64,000 bases of DNA from a virus: IMG/VR virus record IMGVR_UViG_3300027693_000002. One strand, written 5' to 3'. Shown in pieces: positions 46,719 through 56,649 of this stretch (the first letter of the stretch is position 1; each line of letters begins with the position of its first letter). The position numbers were made by a program, and so were the translations under genes. Below the pieces are notes generated by a model that was given only the letters and a program-made list of their open reading frames with translations, ran no database searches and was not told the origin of the DNA.

Positions 46719-46985
46719 TTACTTGTCCCCCTCGAACCGTTCTCCATTGATCTCCGCGTCCGTGTAGTTGAATTGTTGACCACAACTGATGCATCGATCT
46801 CGACGTTGTAGCTTGAACGTAGATGAATCGCGGCAGATCATGAGGATCCCATCCTTGCAGGTTGGGCACTTGGACTTGTAAGGTCCATCATCCCATCGTT
46901 CGAGATCAGCGTGAGAAACCTGGATCACGGGCTTATTAGTCATCACTTTCTTCTTGGATTCACAGTGACTTGGACTCTGTGACAT
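46719..46985 (-). CDS. zinc-ribbon small protein
   Basis: 88 aa; CPTCKDG...CISCGQ. Confidence 0.35.
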   Translation of the reverse strand: MSQSPSHCESKKKVMTNKPVIQVSHADLERWDDGPYKSKCPTCKDGILMICRDSSTFKLQRRDRCISCGQQFNYTDAEINGERFEGDK

Positions 46986-47287
46986 TGAAGGGAATCAGCC
47001 AACCAAGGTCCAAGCTCTTGGCCCTCCACAGTGATTGAGGCCTCTCTGATGTCACAGAAGTGCTTCAATAGAGCATAGAGAGCTCGATTTGCCTTTCGGT
47101 AGATTTCCCGAACGTTATCGCCGATAGGTCCTGGACTTTCTATGAGTTCAACTCGATAAGCAGAAGGGGACCCGGTAACCAATCGGTACAGGTAGAGCTC
47201 GATAGTACGATGAGTCTCAGGCCTGTGATACGCTTGCTCAAGTTCCGACCATATGGATAGCGCCTGCTCAAGACTTATGGTGTGCAT
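46943..47287 (-). CDS. hypothetical protein
   Basis: ORF track 114 aa. Confidence 0.35.
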   Translation of the reverse strand: MHTISLEQALSIWSELEQAYHRPETHRTIELYLYRLVTGSPSAYRVELIESPGPIGDNVREIYRKANRALYALLKHFCDIREASITVEGQELGPWLADSLQCHRVQVTVNPRRK

Positions 47288-48252
47288 GATTCTTCGTATT
47301 CTTCCTTGTCCTTGGCAATCAAACCTTCGAGAATCCGCACCATGTCTTTATGGAACCGGAGATGGTCATTCCAAGGAAGATCCTCACCACCTGCGTAGGA
47401 GGGTTTCCAAAGACTTCCTTCTCGATTGCGATAGGAGTTGACCCAGATGAACCAGACCATCTCGGCTACGCCTTGGTAGAAGTCGTTCAACTCCTGGGTT
47501 TGAATCTCGCCCTCGAGAGCCATGAGCCAATGCGATCCGAGTCCGAAGACCCATTCGTCTCGAAGTGTATAACTTGGCAGGTTCGCCACGGGTCCTTCTA
47601 GCTGGATACAACGAATAGTGTTTCGAAGTAACTGCTTGTCAAACTTGCTAATGGGCTTGTTCAACAGGGTGGAGCACTCCCCCCAGTAAGCTTGAACCGC
47701 CCCTTGAAGAGCTTCCAACGTCTCAGGTAGCTCGAAGAAAGCCCTGGTTTTGAGAGGGGTAGCCATGATGGACTGCCAGACATCCTCGCGGATCATAGCT
47801 ACTTGAACGCGAACGTTCCGTATATGTCGCGAAACAACCGGATGGTCTACAACCTCCAAGGGCATCGGCTCACAAAAGCCAATTCCCCTCGAAACGTGAC
47901 CAGGAACTAGTAGCCTTTCTTGCAAAATAGCCACCCACAAGTCATCGAAGTCCAAGTCTTTCGTGACAGCTTCATCTCTTGGGTTCGCACCTTGCGAAAG
48001 CTCGATTAGGTCATCCTGCAATCCCTTGACCCACAGACGCTTGAATACGTCGTCTGGGACGTTCTCTAACGACCCGTAATCGTTGTAAGTACCACGAATT
48101 GGAAAGGTCCTCGGGATGTATTTCGAGGAGTAACCACGCGCAGCGGTACCAAGGGTAGCCCGGGGATGCTCCGTCACGAGGATAGCCCGTACCGGATCCC
48201 GATAGGTGATTGGGATCCCAGAAAGCATGCAAACTTGATTGAATGAGCCCAT
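47275..48252 (-). CDS. hypothetical protein
   Basis: ORF track 325 aa. Confidence 0.45.
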   Translation of the reverse strand: MGSFNQVCMLSGIPITYRDPVRAILVTEHPRATLGTAARGYSSKYIPRTFPIRGTYNDYGSLENVPDDVFKRLWVKGLQDDLIELSQGANPRDEAVTKDLDFDDLWVAILQERLLVPGHVSRGIGFCEPMPLEVVDHPVVSRHIRNVRVQVAMIREDVWQSIMATPLKTRAFFELPETLEALQGAVQAYWGECSTLLNKPISKFDKQLLRNTIRCIQLEGPVANLPSYTLRDEWVFGLGSHWLMALEGEIQTQELNDFYQGVAEMVWFIWVNSYRNREGSLWKPSYAGGEDLPWNDHLRFHKDMVRILEGLIAKDKEEYEESCTP

Positions 48253-48366
48253 AGAAACCTGCCTGATTTCACCTCATTGCACTCGAATCACCCTAGCAGT
48301 CAACAAAAAAGCACTGGCAGCTTGAAAAGTCATTGAGATTGTCGTGACTAGTGCGTAATACAGAGT

Positions 48367-48726
48367 ATGAAACCTGCAAGTGGAGGGGGGGTTAACCTCA
48401 TGAAAGTCTACATAGGGGAACGTGATGAGGATGATATCCTGTCAGTTTTCGTCCGAATTGGTGAGGTCGAAAACAAGATCGATCCACGCTCCGATCTTCG
48501 GAACCATTCGATCGGTTTCGAGTGTGGCTATTCCGGAAGCGGGCCTGCCCAGCTCGCCCTGGCTATCTGCGCAGACGTCCTAAGGGACGACGAGAAAGCC
48601 CTGGAGGTCTACCAGAAGTTCAAGGTAGCTGTTATCGCTGGACTCCCTCGAGAAGTTGATTGGGAGCTCACCGAGGCTCAGGTGCTGGAAGGCATCATCA
48701 TTTTAACCACTGCCGAGCCATTTTAG
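48367..48726 (+). CDS. hypothetical protein
   Basis: ORF track 119 aa. Confidence 0.35.
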   Translation: MKPASGGGVNLMKVYIGERDEDDILSVFVRIGEVENKIDPRSDLRNHSIGFECGYSGSGPAQLALAICADVLRDDEKALEVYQKFKVAVIAGLPREVDWELTEAQVLEGIIILTTAEPF

Positions 48727-48762
48727 GGTTGATTTCGCCACCTTTGGCATGCAATATTCGAT

Positions 48763-49230
48763 ATGGCAACAGAAAGCCTATCAATCGACTCCGAAGGTAC
48801 CGTCTATTGTAACGTTGATGGACGGATGACCAAAGTGAGTTGGGTTAGTTTGGATGGAATTCGCCTCTACCTTAGGGGGCCTGGAGAAATTGACAGCCCA
48901 AACACCGAAACATCCGTTCTCGATTTGGTGGCACAGTGGGCAAAACAGACCCCAGAGCCGGCAATAGGCATGGGGGTGACCTTCCATTGGGGTACGGATT
49001 ACTATCCGTACACGATCATTAGATTCTTGAGCTACAAGACCCTCATCATTCAACAAGATCTGGTCGTTCACTCAGAAAAGGATGGGGGGCTCGAGGCCAT
49101 TCGGGATGCGAAGGGTGAGGTCAGAATCATAACTCTTCGAAAGAATGGGTGTTGGTACGAGCAAGGTAGAAAAATGGGGTGCGGTATGACGTTCGTCATA
49201 GGCCTTCGTAGGTTTCATGTAGAAACGTGA
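48763..49230 (+). CDS. hypothetical protein
   Basis: ORF track 155 aa. Confidence 0.4.
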   Translation: MATESLSIDSEGTVYCNVDGRMTKVSWVSLDGIRLYLRGPGEIDSPNTETSVLDLVAQWAKQTPEPAIGMGVTFHWGTDYYPYTIIRFLSYKTLIIQQDLVVHSEKDGGLEAIRDAKGEVRIITLRKNGCWYEQGRKMGCGMTFVIGLRRFHVET

Positions 49231-49485
49231 GCTAAGTGAGACAAAACCATCGAAGTCAGGGCAACACATGGCAACGTTAGTTAATGTCCAAGGGAAAGAG
49301 AGCGAATGTCACTGTAGAACATACTGTGGCACGATCAGCAAACTAGGTACCCTATGGGACGTCTACACCCTAGGTTTCTGTTCAGTAGCCTCTACTGGAA
49401 AGCCAAAAGTTCTGCTAGAGACAGAGAGTCAACTATTTTCTTTCATCTCAGCCTCTGAGATTCTAGCTTGGGTTGTTGAGGATCC

Positions 49486-49749
49486 ATGAGACCGAAGGCC
49501 ATCGCCCGGGACTTGAAGCCCGACAACACATGGGAATACTCGATACCACCTTACCGAGCCACCCTTTCTTACAGCTATACCACCGAGTGGTTCGCTGAGT
49601 ACTTCCAGGATGGGGCGAGCAATCCGTTCTTCACCTCAGAGCACGAACTTCACCCGAACCTCAAGTTCCGATCGGACCAATTTGTCGGAGCCGATCGGGC
49701 TGTTCGCCGGGTTCTACGATCGCTCGAGCGCGGGTGGTCTGTTACTTAA
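49486..49749 (+). CDS. hypothetical small protein
   Basis: ORF track 87 aa. Confidence 0.3.
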   Translation: MRPKAIARDLKPDNTWEYSIPPYRATLSYSYTTEWFAEYFQDGASNPFFTSEHELHPNLKFRSDQFVGADRAVRRVLRSLERGWSVT

Positions 49750-49979
49750 CCAGTTCGATGTTCCCATTCGATAACTTCGATCTTGCTCTTACGCTTCTCG
49801 TGTAATTCCTTGAGGCCGTTCTCGATGTGCACATTCCTCTTGTTGAGGTACGTCAAGCGTTTGTCACGGCCCTCCAAAGGGACGATTCGCTGCATCTCCT
49901 CAGTGTTGGACTCTTGCTCGGCCTCGAGTAGTTCGATGTTGTCGACGATCTTCCTGAGTTCTTCTTCGTGCGTAGCCAT
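49746..49979 (-). CDS. small coiled-coil protein
   Basis: 77 aa, heptad-like charged sequence. Confidence 0.3.
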   Translation of the reverse strand: MATHEEELRKIVDNIELLEAEQESNTEEMQRIVPLEGRDKRLTYLNKRNVHIENGLKELHEKRKSKIEVIEWEHRTG

Positions 49980-50017
49980 AGCAAAAACCTACACCTGCAC
50001 GAAGGTAATAGTCAACA

Positions 50018-50233
50018 TCAGACCAATCCTTCCTGCACAGCCCACCATTGCTTGACCACTACTTCCCCCTCCTTGTTCTCGCCATCATCGTAGACTTCGG
50101 AGTCGTCATGGATAATAGAACGTGGGATCCACTTGGTCTCACCAATGTCGGATAGCTCAATCTGCAGGGCCTTGTCCGACGCCCTGACTACTTTGCCGTG
50201 CCCAAGGGATTCAGAGGAAGCTTCTTTTGCCAT
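50018..50233 (-). CDS. hypothetical small protein
   Basis: ORF track 71 aa. Confidence 0.3.
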   Translation of the reverse strand: MAKEASSESLGHGKVVRASDKALQIELSDIGETKWIPRSIIHDDSEVYDDGENKEGEVVVKQWWAVQEGLV

Positions 50234-50340
50234 GGGTATTTGCTACACCAAAGGCGTTGTCCCCGCGGATGAACACTCCACGCCAATCGCTTTCGAAACA
50301 CATTGGCCCTGTTTCGGGGCGTAGTCCCGTGCCTTGTCCG

Positions 50341-50928
50341 TTAATCATCGGAACCCTCCCATGATTCAAATTCGACTACGATAGGCCCATCTTCAACTGG
50401 AGGTAGCTCAGCCGGAGCAACCAATAATAACTTTGAGTCAAGGGGTCTTGGAATCCCTTCCGGAATGGACCATAGCTCGTTTAAGTTAACTCGATAAAGG
50501 GACTGACCCTCAAGGTTTACATATTGAGCTCTTTTCTGTGCAATTTTAGTAAGGTATGCCTCTCGATACTCGTCGCTCATTGAGGCCAGAAACTCCTCAC
50601 GAGTTCTTCTAACAGCAGGTATTCCCCCACTAATTCTCGCACGCCTACCATAAAGCCCATCTATGACAACGGGGTCCTGGGATTCAAGCACCTCGTCCTC
50701 GACGGTCATAGTCAAGTCGATGGGGTTAGGGGTAAGTAACACTCGAAAACTGTTGGGCTGCTCCCCAGCTTGTAATTGGTCACAGTATTCCAATGCGGGT
50801 ACCCCATTTGCCTTCAGTATCAAGCATCTCCTGATAGGTGGCTCAAGGGTAGAATTCGAATCTCGAATTAGTAACTCAATTCGAATAGGCCCTTCATCTG
50901 AAGATAACTCAACTCGATAGGTCTTCAT
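50341..50928 (-). CDS. hypothetical protein
   Basis: ORF track 195 aa. Confidence 0.4.
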   Translation of the reverse strand: MKTYRVELSSDEGPIRIELLIRDSNSTLEPPIRRCLILKANGVPALEYCDQLQAGEQPNSFRVLLTPNPIDLTMTVEDEVLESQDPVVIDGLYGRRARISGGIPAVRRTREEFLASMSDEYREAYLTKIAQKRAQYVNLEGQSLYRVNLNELWSIPEGIPRPLDSKLLLVAPAELPPVEDGPIVVEFESWEGSDD

Positions 50929-50938
50929 ATCGAGTTAG

Positions 50939-51403
50939 CTACACCGAGGACATCTTGACCATCATCTGGTAGGCTGCCGGATCGCCGAAGTATCTTTCGT
51001 GATCTCTACCCACTAGTCCACGTGTGAGGAGGTACCTGAGGGCTTCAGAGACCTCCTCAGCCCGTTGCTCCTTCTCCCGATCCTCAGCCTCGAACTGGTC
51101 GCTGAGGGCCTTCTGATACCCCTCGTCCTCGTAATTGTCGTTGGGTGGTTGAATGCATTCCCGATACACTCGATTGGTCTCGTACCAATCATCCTCCAAA
51201 CTACTCTGGGACATGGGGCTCACGAGGAGTTGACCAAAAACCCACCGATAGGATTCCTCGGCGAGGATCTCGCGGTCCTTGATCTCGGCCGCCATTACCT
51301 CACCCAGCACCCGTCGAACGTAGCCAATCTCGATGTCAGGACACATCGAATGAGGTCGATCGATCTTGCTCCAAGCCAACTTCAGAAGATCAGTGGATTT
51401 CAT
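50939..51403 (-). CDS. hypothetical protein
   Basis: ORF track 154 aa. Confidence 0.4.
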   Translation of the reverse strand: MKSTDLLKLAWSKIDRPHSMCPDIEIGYVRRVLGEVMAAEIKDREILAEESYRWVFGQLLVSPMSQSSLEDDWYETNRVYRECIQPPNDNYEDEGYQKALSDQFEAEDREKEQRAEEVSEALRYLLTRGLVGRDHERYFGDPAAYQMMVKMSSV

Positions 51404-51455
51404 GGAAGTCAGCTACACCGTTGTGCTGGGCGGAGTCAAGGCATCGAGCAGCTTC

Positions 51456-52391
51456 TCACTCACCTCGCGCGACTACGTACTTGTAGATGTCTGCTCCATA
51501 GCAACCCGAGTACTTGGACAAGTACTCTTGAGCCTCTTCTTTGCTGATTGAACGCTCAGCAAGTCTGGCTTCGTAGAGGGTGGCAAGAACCTCGGGAGTG
51601 CCCCAGAGGTACTCTCGGCTGTCGTCGAAGCCGTAGGCACTCTCGATGTAGACCACATTAGCATCACCCATCTCGACCCGGGTGATGCTAATGTCCCACC
51701 CGTGCTCACTCTTGTAGGTACCAACCGAGGTCTTGGTACCTGCAGGGGTGCTCAAGCTATCACTTCGCGTAAGGCCTGCGAGAGGTGCCCGAGCAGCCGT
51801 CTCCGCTGCCATCCGAGCATCCTTGGCCTGTTGGGCCGCTGAGTCCTTCGCAGCCTTCGCAGCAGCTTCCTTGGAGGCAAGTGCAGTAGCCTCTTCCTCG
51901 GTTGCGTCTCTGTAATACGAAACCGTGTAGTACCCATCATCCATTGGTAACCCAAAGGAGAGACCATCTTCACTACAGTAGCCCGTCTGCCACCCCACTA
52001 CAACAACTGGAATGCGGTTTCCACCCGCACGGAGGAAGCAGACTCTCCCGATCTCGTCCCCCGTATCGCCCTCGCGGGATGATGAGTATTTGCCCTCTTG
52101 GGCGCCCTCTTTCTTACCGCTTTTCCGGCTGCTTCGCCGGGTAGAAGTGGTACGAGTAGAACTACCTCGAGTAGAGCTGCTACGGGTCGAAGACTTAGAG
52201 GAAACACCCTGTTCGGCAATTCTAGCGTAGCAGAAGCCGTCAGTACCTTTCCAAACAATCTCTCCCACTATTTCTTGCTTGGTCTCACCAGATTTCTTCG
52301 TGACCGTCACGGTCCGGCCTGTCACAAGATTGCGCCCCTGAACTCCCCACGTGCCATCCCGAAGTTGCTTGTAGTTGATGTTGCTTGCCAT
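51456..52391 (-). CDS. hypothetical protein with Ser/Thr/Arg-rich linker
   Basis: 311 aa; SSKSSTRSSSTRGSSTRTTSTRRSSRKSGKK low-complexity linker between two domains. Confidence 0.45.
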   Translation of the reverse strand: MASNINYKQLRDGTWGVQGRNLVTGRTVTVTKKSGETKQEIVGEIVWKGTDGFCYARIAEQGVSSKSSTRSSSTRGSSTRTTSTRRSSRKSGKKEGAQEGKYSSSREGDTGDEIGRVCFLRAGGNRIPVVVVGWQTGYCSEDGLSFGLPMDDGYYTVSYYRDATEEEATALASKEAAAKAAKDSAAQQAKDARMAAETAARAPLAGLTRSDSLSTPAGTKTSVGTYKSEHGWDISITRVEMGDANVVYIESAYGFDDSREYLWGTPEVLATLYEARLAERSISKEEAQEYLSKYSGCYGADIYKYVVARGE

Positions 52392-52488
52392 GCCCAGTAT
52401 TACGCGTAAGCCTACTCAAAACTCAACTGGGATGCCAATAAATATCGAAGTTTGAACTTAAGTCCGACCGTCCTAGAGCATGAGGGAC

Positions 52489-52938
52489 CTACAAGGGCGA
52501 CAATGTCGCCCTTGACTTAACTCCAAGAACCTCCTCAGCATAGTCAAGCTCACCGCTGATTACCGCTAGAATGAAAGGATCTTCTCGGACGATAGACGCA
52601 TAGAACCTGTGATTTCCGTCCACGATAGGCCAGTCAATGTAACAATTCAGGCTTGGTACCCCTACGTCGATCTCAATCGGATCATACCATCCGTTCATTA
52701 CCAAGTAGGCCACGCGTTTGATGTGATACTGCCGCTTCCTCTCTGTAGGCCACCCGGGGAATCCCCTTCTGGGTTTAGGCGCTACTCGACCGGCACTTAC
52801 AGCTTCCCGAATCTCTTCGGGGTTTATCGGATAACCCCATGGGGTTATCCCGTGAGTAACGTCACACATCTCAGAAAGACGTGAAACCGGTACTTGGATG
52901 AGGTCAAACCCACTTTCCGAACCCAACTTGACGACCAT
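52489..52938 (-). CDS. hypothetical protein
   Basis: ORF track 149 aa. Confidence 0.4.
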   Translation of the reverse strand: MVVKLGSESGFDLIQVPVSRLSEMCDVTHGITPWGYPINPEEIREAVSAGRVAPKPRRGFPGWPTERKRQYHIKRVAYLVMNGWYDPIEIDVGVPSLNCYIDWPIVDGNHRFYASIVREDPFILAVISGELDYAEEVLGVKSRATLSPL

Positions 52939-52941
52939 GGG

Positions 52942-53394
52942 TTACTTTCGTAGCACATTCACGAAGGCTTCCTTGCAACCTTCGTTGTTGTAGGTCCATT
53001 TGGCCGCGCATTCGATCGGAACCCGGGAGAGGGAGCCGTCTTTCTCGACCACGTTGAGAGTACACGAGACGTAACCATCCCCGTCTATGTCACGGTTCAT
53101 ACAGGAGACGCCCTTGAGAGTCCTATCCATCTTCGCGGCGTAGTTTCGGGCTTCTTCTTCGGCCAAGCCCTGAGATGATGACCACGTGATGACTTGCATC
53201 CCAATTAAGACCGCGAAAACCCCAAGCAGAGCCACGCAGATGATCACCTCTATAACGGTAAACCCACGCGATACTCGATTCCTCATACTCTTCTCCTCGA
53301 ATGACTGAGCTTTGCTCAAAACCTGGTCAGGCCAACTCCTATTACGTACAAGCGGTCTGATGTTCAACTGAAAATCTGAACTTACGGCCACCAA
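52942..53394 (-). CDS. type IV pilin-like / pseudopilin protein (probable start at M37, ~53286)
   Basis: class III signal: MRNRVSRG|FTVIEV followed by hydrophobic helix (prepilin peptidase site G-F-T-x-I-E); C-terminal Cys pair. Confidence 0.5.
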   Translation of the reverse strand: MVAVSSDFQLNIRPLVRNRSWPDQVLSKAQSFEEKSMRNRVSRGFTVIEVIICVALLGVFAVLIGMQVITWSSSQGLAEEEARNYAAKMDRTLKGVSCMNRDIDGDGYVSCTLNVVEKDGSLSRVPIECAAKWTYNNEGCKEAFVNVLRK

Positions 53395-53846
53395 CCCTGA
53401 CGATTGAGGTACGTTAGGTCAGAAAACAATGCCTTCACATGCTCCACCGAGATTCCGTACTTGACCGACAGTTCGAACATCCTGGCATTGTATCTTTCAG
53501 CACGAGCTATACTCTCGGCTATGGTCTTTTTGAAAGCCTCATCTCGAAGCCTTTTGGCTTCAACCCACTGAGGGGAGGTCTCAGGCTCCAGGCAATCAAG
53601 TTGGGTTGTAATGCCCCCTGAGTAGGACCCATCTAAATTCAAACCTGTAAACTCAGCATGGGTTGCGGTCAAGCTAGTAAGGAACCCGACTTTACCCACG
53701 ACCTGAACAATCAGGTGCTCTGGCTGACGGACTACTCGAACAATATCTCCGGCACTGAATTCTGGCATGCCCCGGAATGTACTTGAATGACTAGGAAACA
53801 GCAAGTTCTTGGTGTATGCTCTCTGGTGCCAAGGGTTATTGAGCAC
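53382..53846 (-). CDS. hypothetical protein
   Basis: ORF track 154 aa. Confidence 0.4.
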   Translation of the reverse strand: MLNNPWHQRAYTKNLLFPSHSSTFRGMPEFSAGDIVRVVRQPEHLIVQVVGKVGFLTSLTATHAEFTGLNLDGSYSGGITTQLDCLEPETSPQWVEAKRLRDEAFKKTIAESIARAERYNARMFELSVKYGISVEHVKALFSDLTYLNRQGWWP

Positions 53847-54405
53847 TCAGCCTACTTTTATGATCTACCTCATCCCACCAGTCCCGAATCAAGAGACCAA
53901 CTGGCGCCTTCGTGCAGAGTACCCTGAGGGAGCCCCACGAGTCATCCGCTCATTCACCATCAGTGAGGACGTGGCCAAAGTCTTTGCTGACAAAGGGATA
54001 CCCGTTGTCCGACTCGGGAGAAAACCTGTAGGGGCTACTGAGGCTGCACTGATTGAGGCTTTGGACGAAATAGATTGCCAGAACCTTAGGATCAACAAGA
54101 GAGTTCGCCGAGAGATCCTCTATGCCATCGACCTCTTGGGGGGAGAATCTCGGCTCCCTGAGGTCTACTGGGAGAGTCGGAGAACCTGGGAGAACTTCAA
54201 AGAAGCCCTCTCGAGGTACGAATCTGTACACGCGGACTTGATGAAGTATGCTGCTGAGCAGCTTGGTTTGCCTGAAGGTACAGTCTTAGTTGAAGGCACT
54301 CATAAGTGCGTCAAGAGTCCAACTCGAAGTTGTTTGTACAATCATGATGAGGATCGATGTCCCGATGAGTGCTTAGTCTGTGGTCAACCTGGAGAACGGA
54401 AGTGA
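53809..54405 (+). CDS. hypothetical protein
   Basis: ORF track 198 aa; C-terminal CPDECLVCG. Confidence 0.4.
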   Translation: MVYALWCQGLLSTQPTFMIYLIPPVPNQETNWRLRAEYPEGAPRVIRSFTISEDVAKVFADKGIPVVRLGRKPVGATEAALIEALDEIDCQNLRINKRVRREILYAIDLLGGESRLPEVYWESRRTWENFKEALSRYESVHADLMKYAAEQLGLPEGTVLVEGTHKCVKSPTRSCLYNHDEDRCPDECLVCGQPGERK

Positions 54406-54457
54406 TGCCCTTGCCATTATTGTGAACGGGTCATCTGAATCAGTGTAGGTACTACTT

Positions 54458-54853
54458 ATGGTCATCATCGAAAGAGAAGAAGTCAAACGAGCCTACGTGC
54501 TAACTCCTGATATCCTCGGAGGAATGCTAACTCCTGAGATTGAATACGTCTGGGTGTCTCCTTGTACATATGCTGACATCCGCAAATGGGGAAGAGACAT
54601 CTACACGATTGAGTCCGAATCGAATCCTGCTTCGCTGAAGATCGGATTCATGGGAACCTTCCGTGGAGCCAAGATCTATATGTCCAGAGGGGTACCCGAT
54701 GATTGCTTGGCCTTGGTGCACCTTGGTGAGCCAAATCTTGTTCGAAACCAAGTCGGAAGAGGCCAGGTCTTCTACAAGTGGTTAGACGAGGGAGAGGTAT
54801 CCTGGGAGGTGCGTAACGATACCTCTAAAGTCCCCCAGAGCGTATTACCGTAG
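54458..54853 (+). CDS. hypothetical protein
   Basis: ORF track 131 aa. Confidence 0.4.
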   Translation: MVIIEREEVKRAYVLTPDILGGMLTPEIEYVWVSPCTYADIRKWGRDIYTIESESNPASLKIGFMGTFRGAKIYMSRGVPDDCLALVHLGEPNLVRNQVGRGQVFYKWLDEGEVSWEVRNDTSKVPQSVLP

Positions 54854-54881
54854 AGCTGACAGATCCGGACGCTTGTATAAC

Positions 54882-55238
54882 CTAGGAAACCTTTACCACC
54901 TCGAAGAACTGAGGCTCACCAAACATCTCAACGATTTTCCCAGTACCTAGACTACCTTTACTATATGCTGCAGTCGTCGGTAAACCAAGCTCATGAGCAA
55001 TATCAATCTTTCGCTTGAGAACAGTCAATGTTAATGTATCGGACCTAAATACTGTGTTCCACACCATTACATCATCACGATACTTGGGGTGTAGGATGGT
55101 TATCTCGTACTTGCAGCTCATGATTTCACCTGAAATTGATGGTAACCGGCATTCCATCGATCTCATCAGGGACTCCTGAAGCCTTAGTGACTCCTTGAAA
55201 GTTGGCCACGAGAGTGAGTTCATCCTCTGAGACTCCAA
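54882..55238 (-). CDS. hypothetical protein
   Basis: ORF track 118 aa. Confidence 0.35.
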   Translation of the reverse strand: MESQRMNSLSWPTFKESLRLQESLMRSMECRLPSISGEIMSCKYEITILHPKYRDDVMVWNTVFRSDTLTLTVLKRKIDIAHELGLPTTAAYSKGSLGTGKIVEMFGEPQFFEVVKVS

Positions 55239-55551
55239 CGAACTCGAATCCTGGGATCCTCATCCTTCGAATGCTGTTCGTCAGGTGCTCTCGGTGAAGA
55301 GCAATCTCGTCGGGCCTAAAGAACCTTCGGAGCTCCCATCCGGGTTCGAGCTGGTAAGCTGGGTGGTCCGCAGCTATCTCGACATACCATGCCGGTGGGG
55401 CTGGTTCTCGCAGGACAACTCCAGGCTCCCGGATCACGTTTCGAACATGCCAGTGGATTCCCTTTGGGTCGACGTACTCCCCACATGTTGGTGGAGTATC
55501 CTGGAACACGAGGTAAATCCAAGTCAAACGTTGGGGGCTTGAGAGGAGCAT
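55126..55551 (-). CDS. hypothetical protein
   Basis: ORF track 141 aa (overlaps neighbour; start uncertain). Confidence 0.35.
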   Translation of the reverse strand: MLLSSPQRLTWIYLVFQDTPPTCGEYVDPKGIHWHVRNVIREPGVVLREPAPPAWYVEIAADHPAYQLEPGWELRRFFRPDEIALHREHLTNSIRRMRIPGFEFVGVSEDELTLVANFQGVTKASGVPDEIDGMPVTINFR

Positions 55552-55596
55552 GAATTTCCTGGGCCAAACTTGGCATTCAAGTACACGCAGTCTCTA

Positions 55597-56079
55597 TCAT
55601 GACCACTCCGATTCGAGTTTGAGAATTCTCCGAGCCAGTAGAGTGATGGCCTTCTGAGCTTCCTCAGGGACATATTTGGGAGGGTTCGGGGGTAGTGTGG
55701 AGTCGAGCATCTGAGCCTCAGCCCACGCTCGTTTGAAGTCGATAGAATCAAGAGACCCATACCTCTCTTGATACTCCTTAGCTCGATCTCGCGCATAGGA
55801 GCTAGGAAGCGGGTGCCCAGATACGTTCTTGATTTGACGACTACCTTTGTTGGACATTGTATCCTCGCAGATAGCTTCATAGCTATCTTGATCTACTGGA
55901 AGTCGAAAGATCTGACCATTCTTAGTCCTAACATCGACGAATGACTTCTGAGAACCACTCACAGCGGTGAGGTACTTTACTCGATTTGAACCTGATTCCT
56001 TGACGGCTACTACCTCACGGAATTGGTCAAAACCCACAACTTCGAGTACTGCGAGAGTTGGAATGGTACTTTCTGGCAT
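55597..56079 (-). CDS. hypothetical protein
   Basis: ORF track 160 aa. Confidence 0.4.
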   Translation of the reverse strand: MPESTIPTLAVLEVVGFDQFREVVAVKESGSNRVKYLTAVSGSQKSFVDVRTKNGQIFRLPVDQDSYEAICEDTMSNKGSRQIKNVSGHPLPSSYARDRAKEYQERYGSLDSIDFKRAWAEAQMLDSTLPPNPPKYVPEEAQKAITLLARRILKLESEWS

Positions 56080-56109
56080 AGTGGTCTAAATACACCGATC
56101 TGTTTAGAC

Positions 56110-56397
56110 CTAACCGGATCTTAGGCGGGAGATTGGAGCACTCTCATCCAAGCTTTGGAACTCGAGTCGACTCACCTCAACATTGTCAACGAAGGCTACG
56201 ACCTTCCATGGGATTGATGGGTACTTCTGAGTCAGGTAAGAGCCGAGGGCTAAAAGTACCAAGGAGTTTGAAGCTTGTTCCTTGACACTCCAGAGGATAG
56301 AGATCAATTCCAAGTAGATATTTTCGTGAGGGTTGTCTGGAACCCCCTCTGTTCGAGTGATCTCGAATAAGTTTAAGTCAATATGTACTTCGATCAT
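56110..56397 (-). CDS. hypothetical protein
   Basis: ORF track 95 aa. Confidence 0.35.
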   Translation of the reverse strand: MIEVHIDLNLFEITRTEGVPDNPHENIYLELISILWSVKEQASNSLVLLALGSYLTQKYPSIPWKVVAFVDNVEVSRLEFQSLDESAPISRLRSG

Positions 56398-56600
56398 GAT
56401 GTTTTACAGGGTGAGTTCAGGATATTCGGCCCTTGACGTCTTCGCACCGTAGCACGCTTTCTCTGACCTGGTAAAGTCAATGACCAGTCGAGATCGAGAT
56501 CGAGGCTACTCGCTCAAAGATGATGCCGCTGACTCCCGTAGCTCCTTCGCAGTCCCCGAGATATCGTCCCGAACCACTGTACAGCCAGCGTGTTAAATGC

Positions 56601-56630
56601 GAAGGGGACCCCACTCAGAGGGACCCCTTC
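56601..56630. other. GC-rich hairpin GAAGGGGACCC-n8-GGGACCCCTTC downstream of 56650..57318
   Basis: inverted repeat read directly; no T tract. Confidence 0.4.
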
Positions 56631-56649
56631 AACATTCCGATGCAAACTA

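Noticed and set aside
51733-52409. Multiple overlapping ORFs in both strands across 51456..52391
   Set aside because: The long minus-strand ORF is the best-supported reading. The others are products of the GC-rich, low-complexity linker region.
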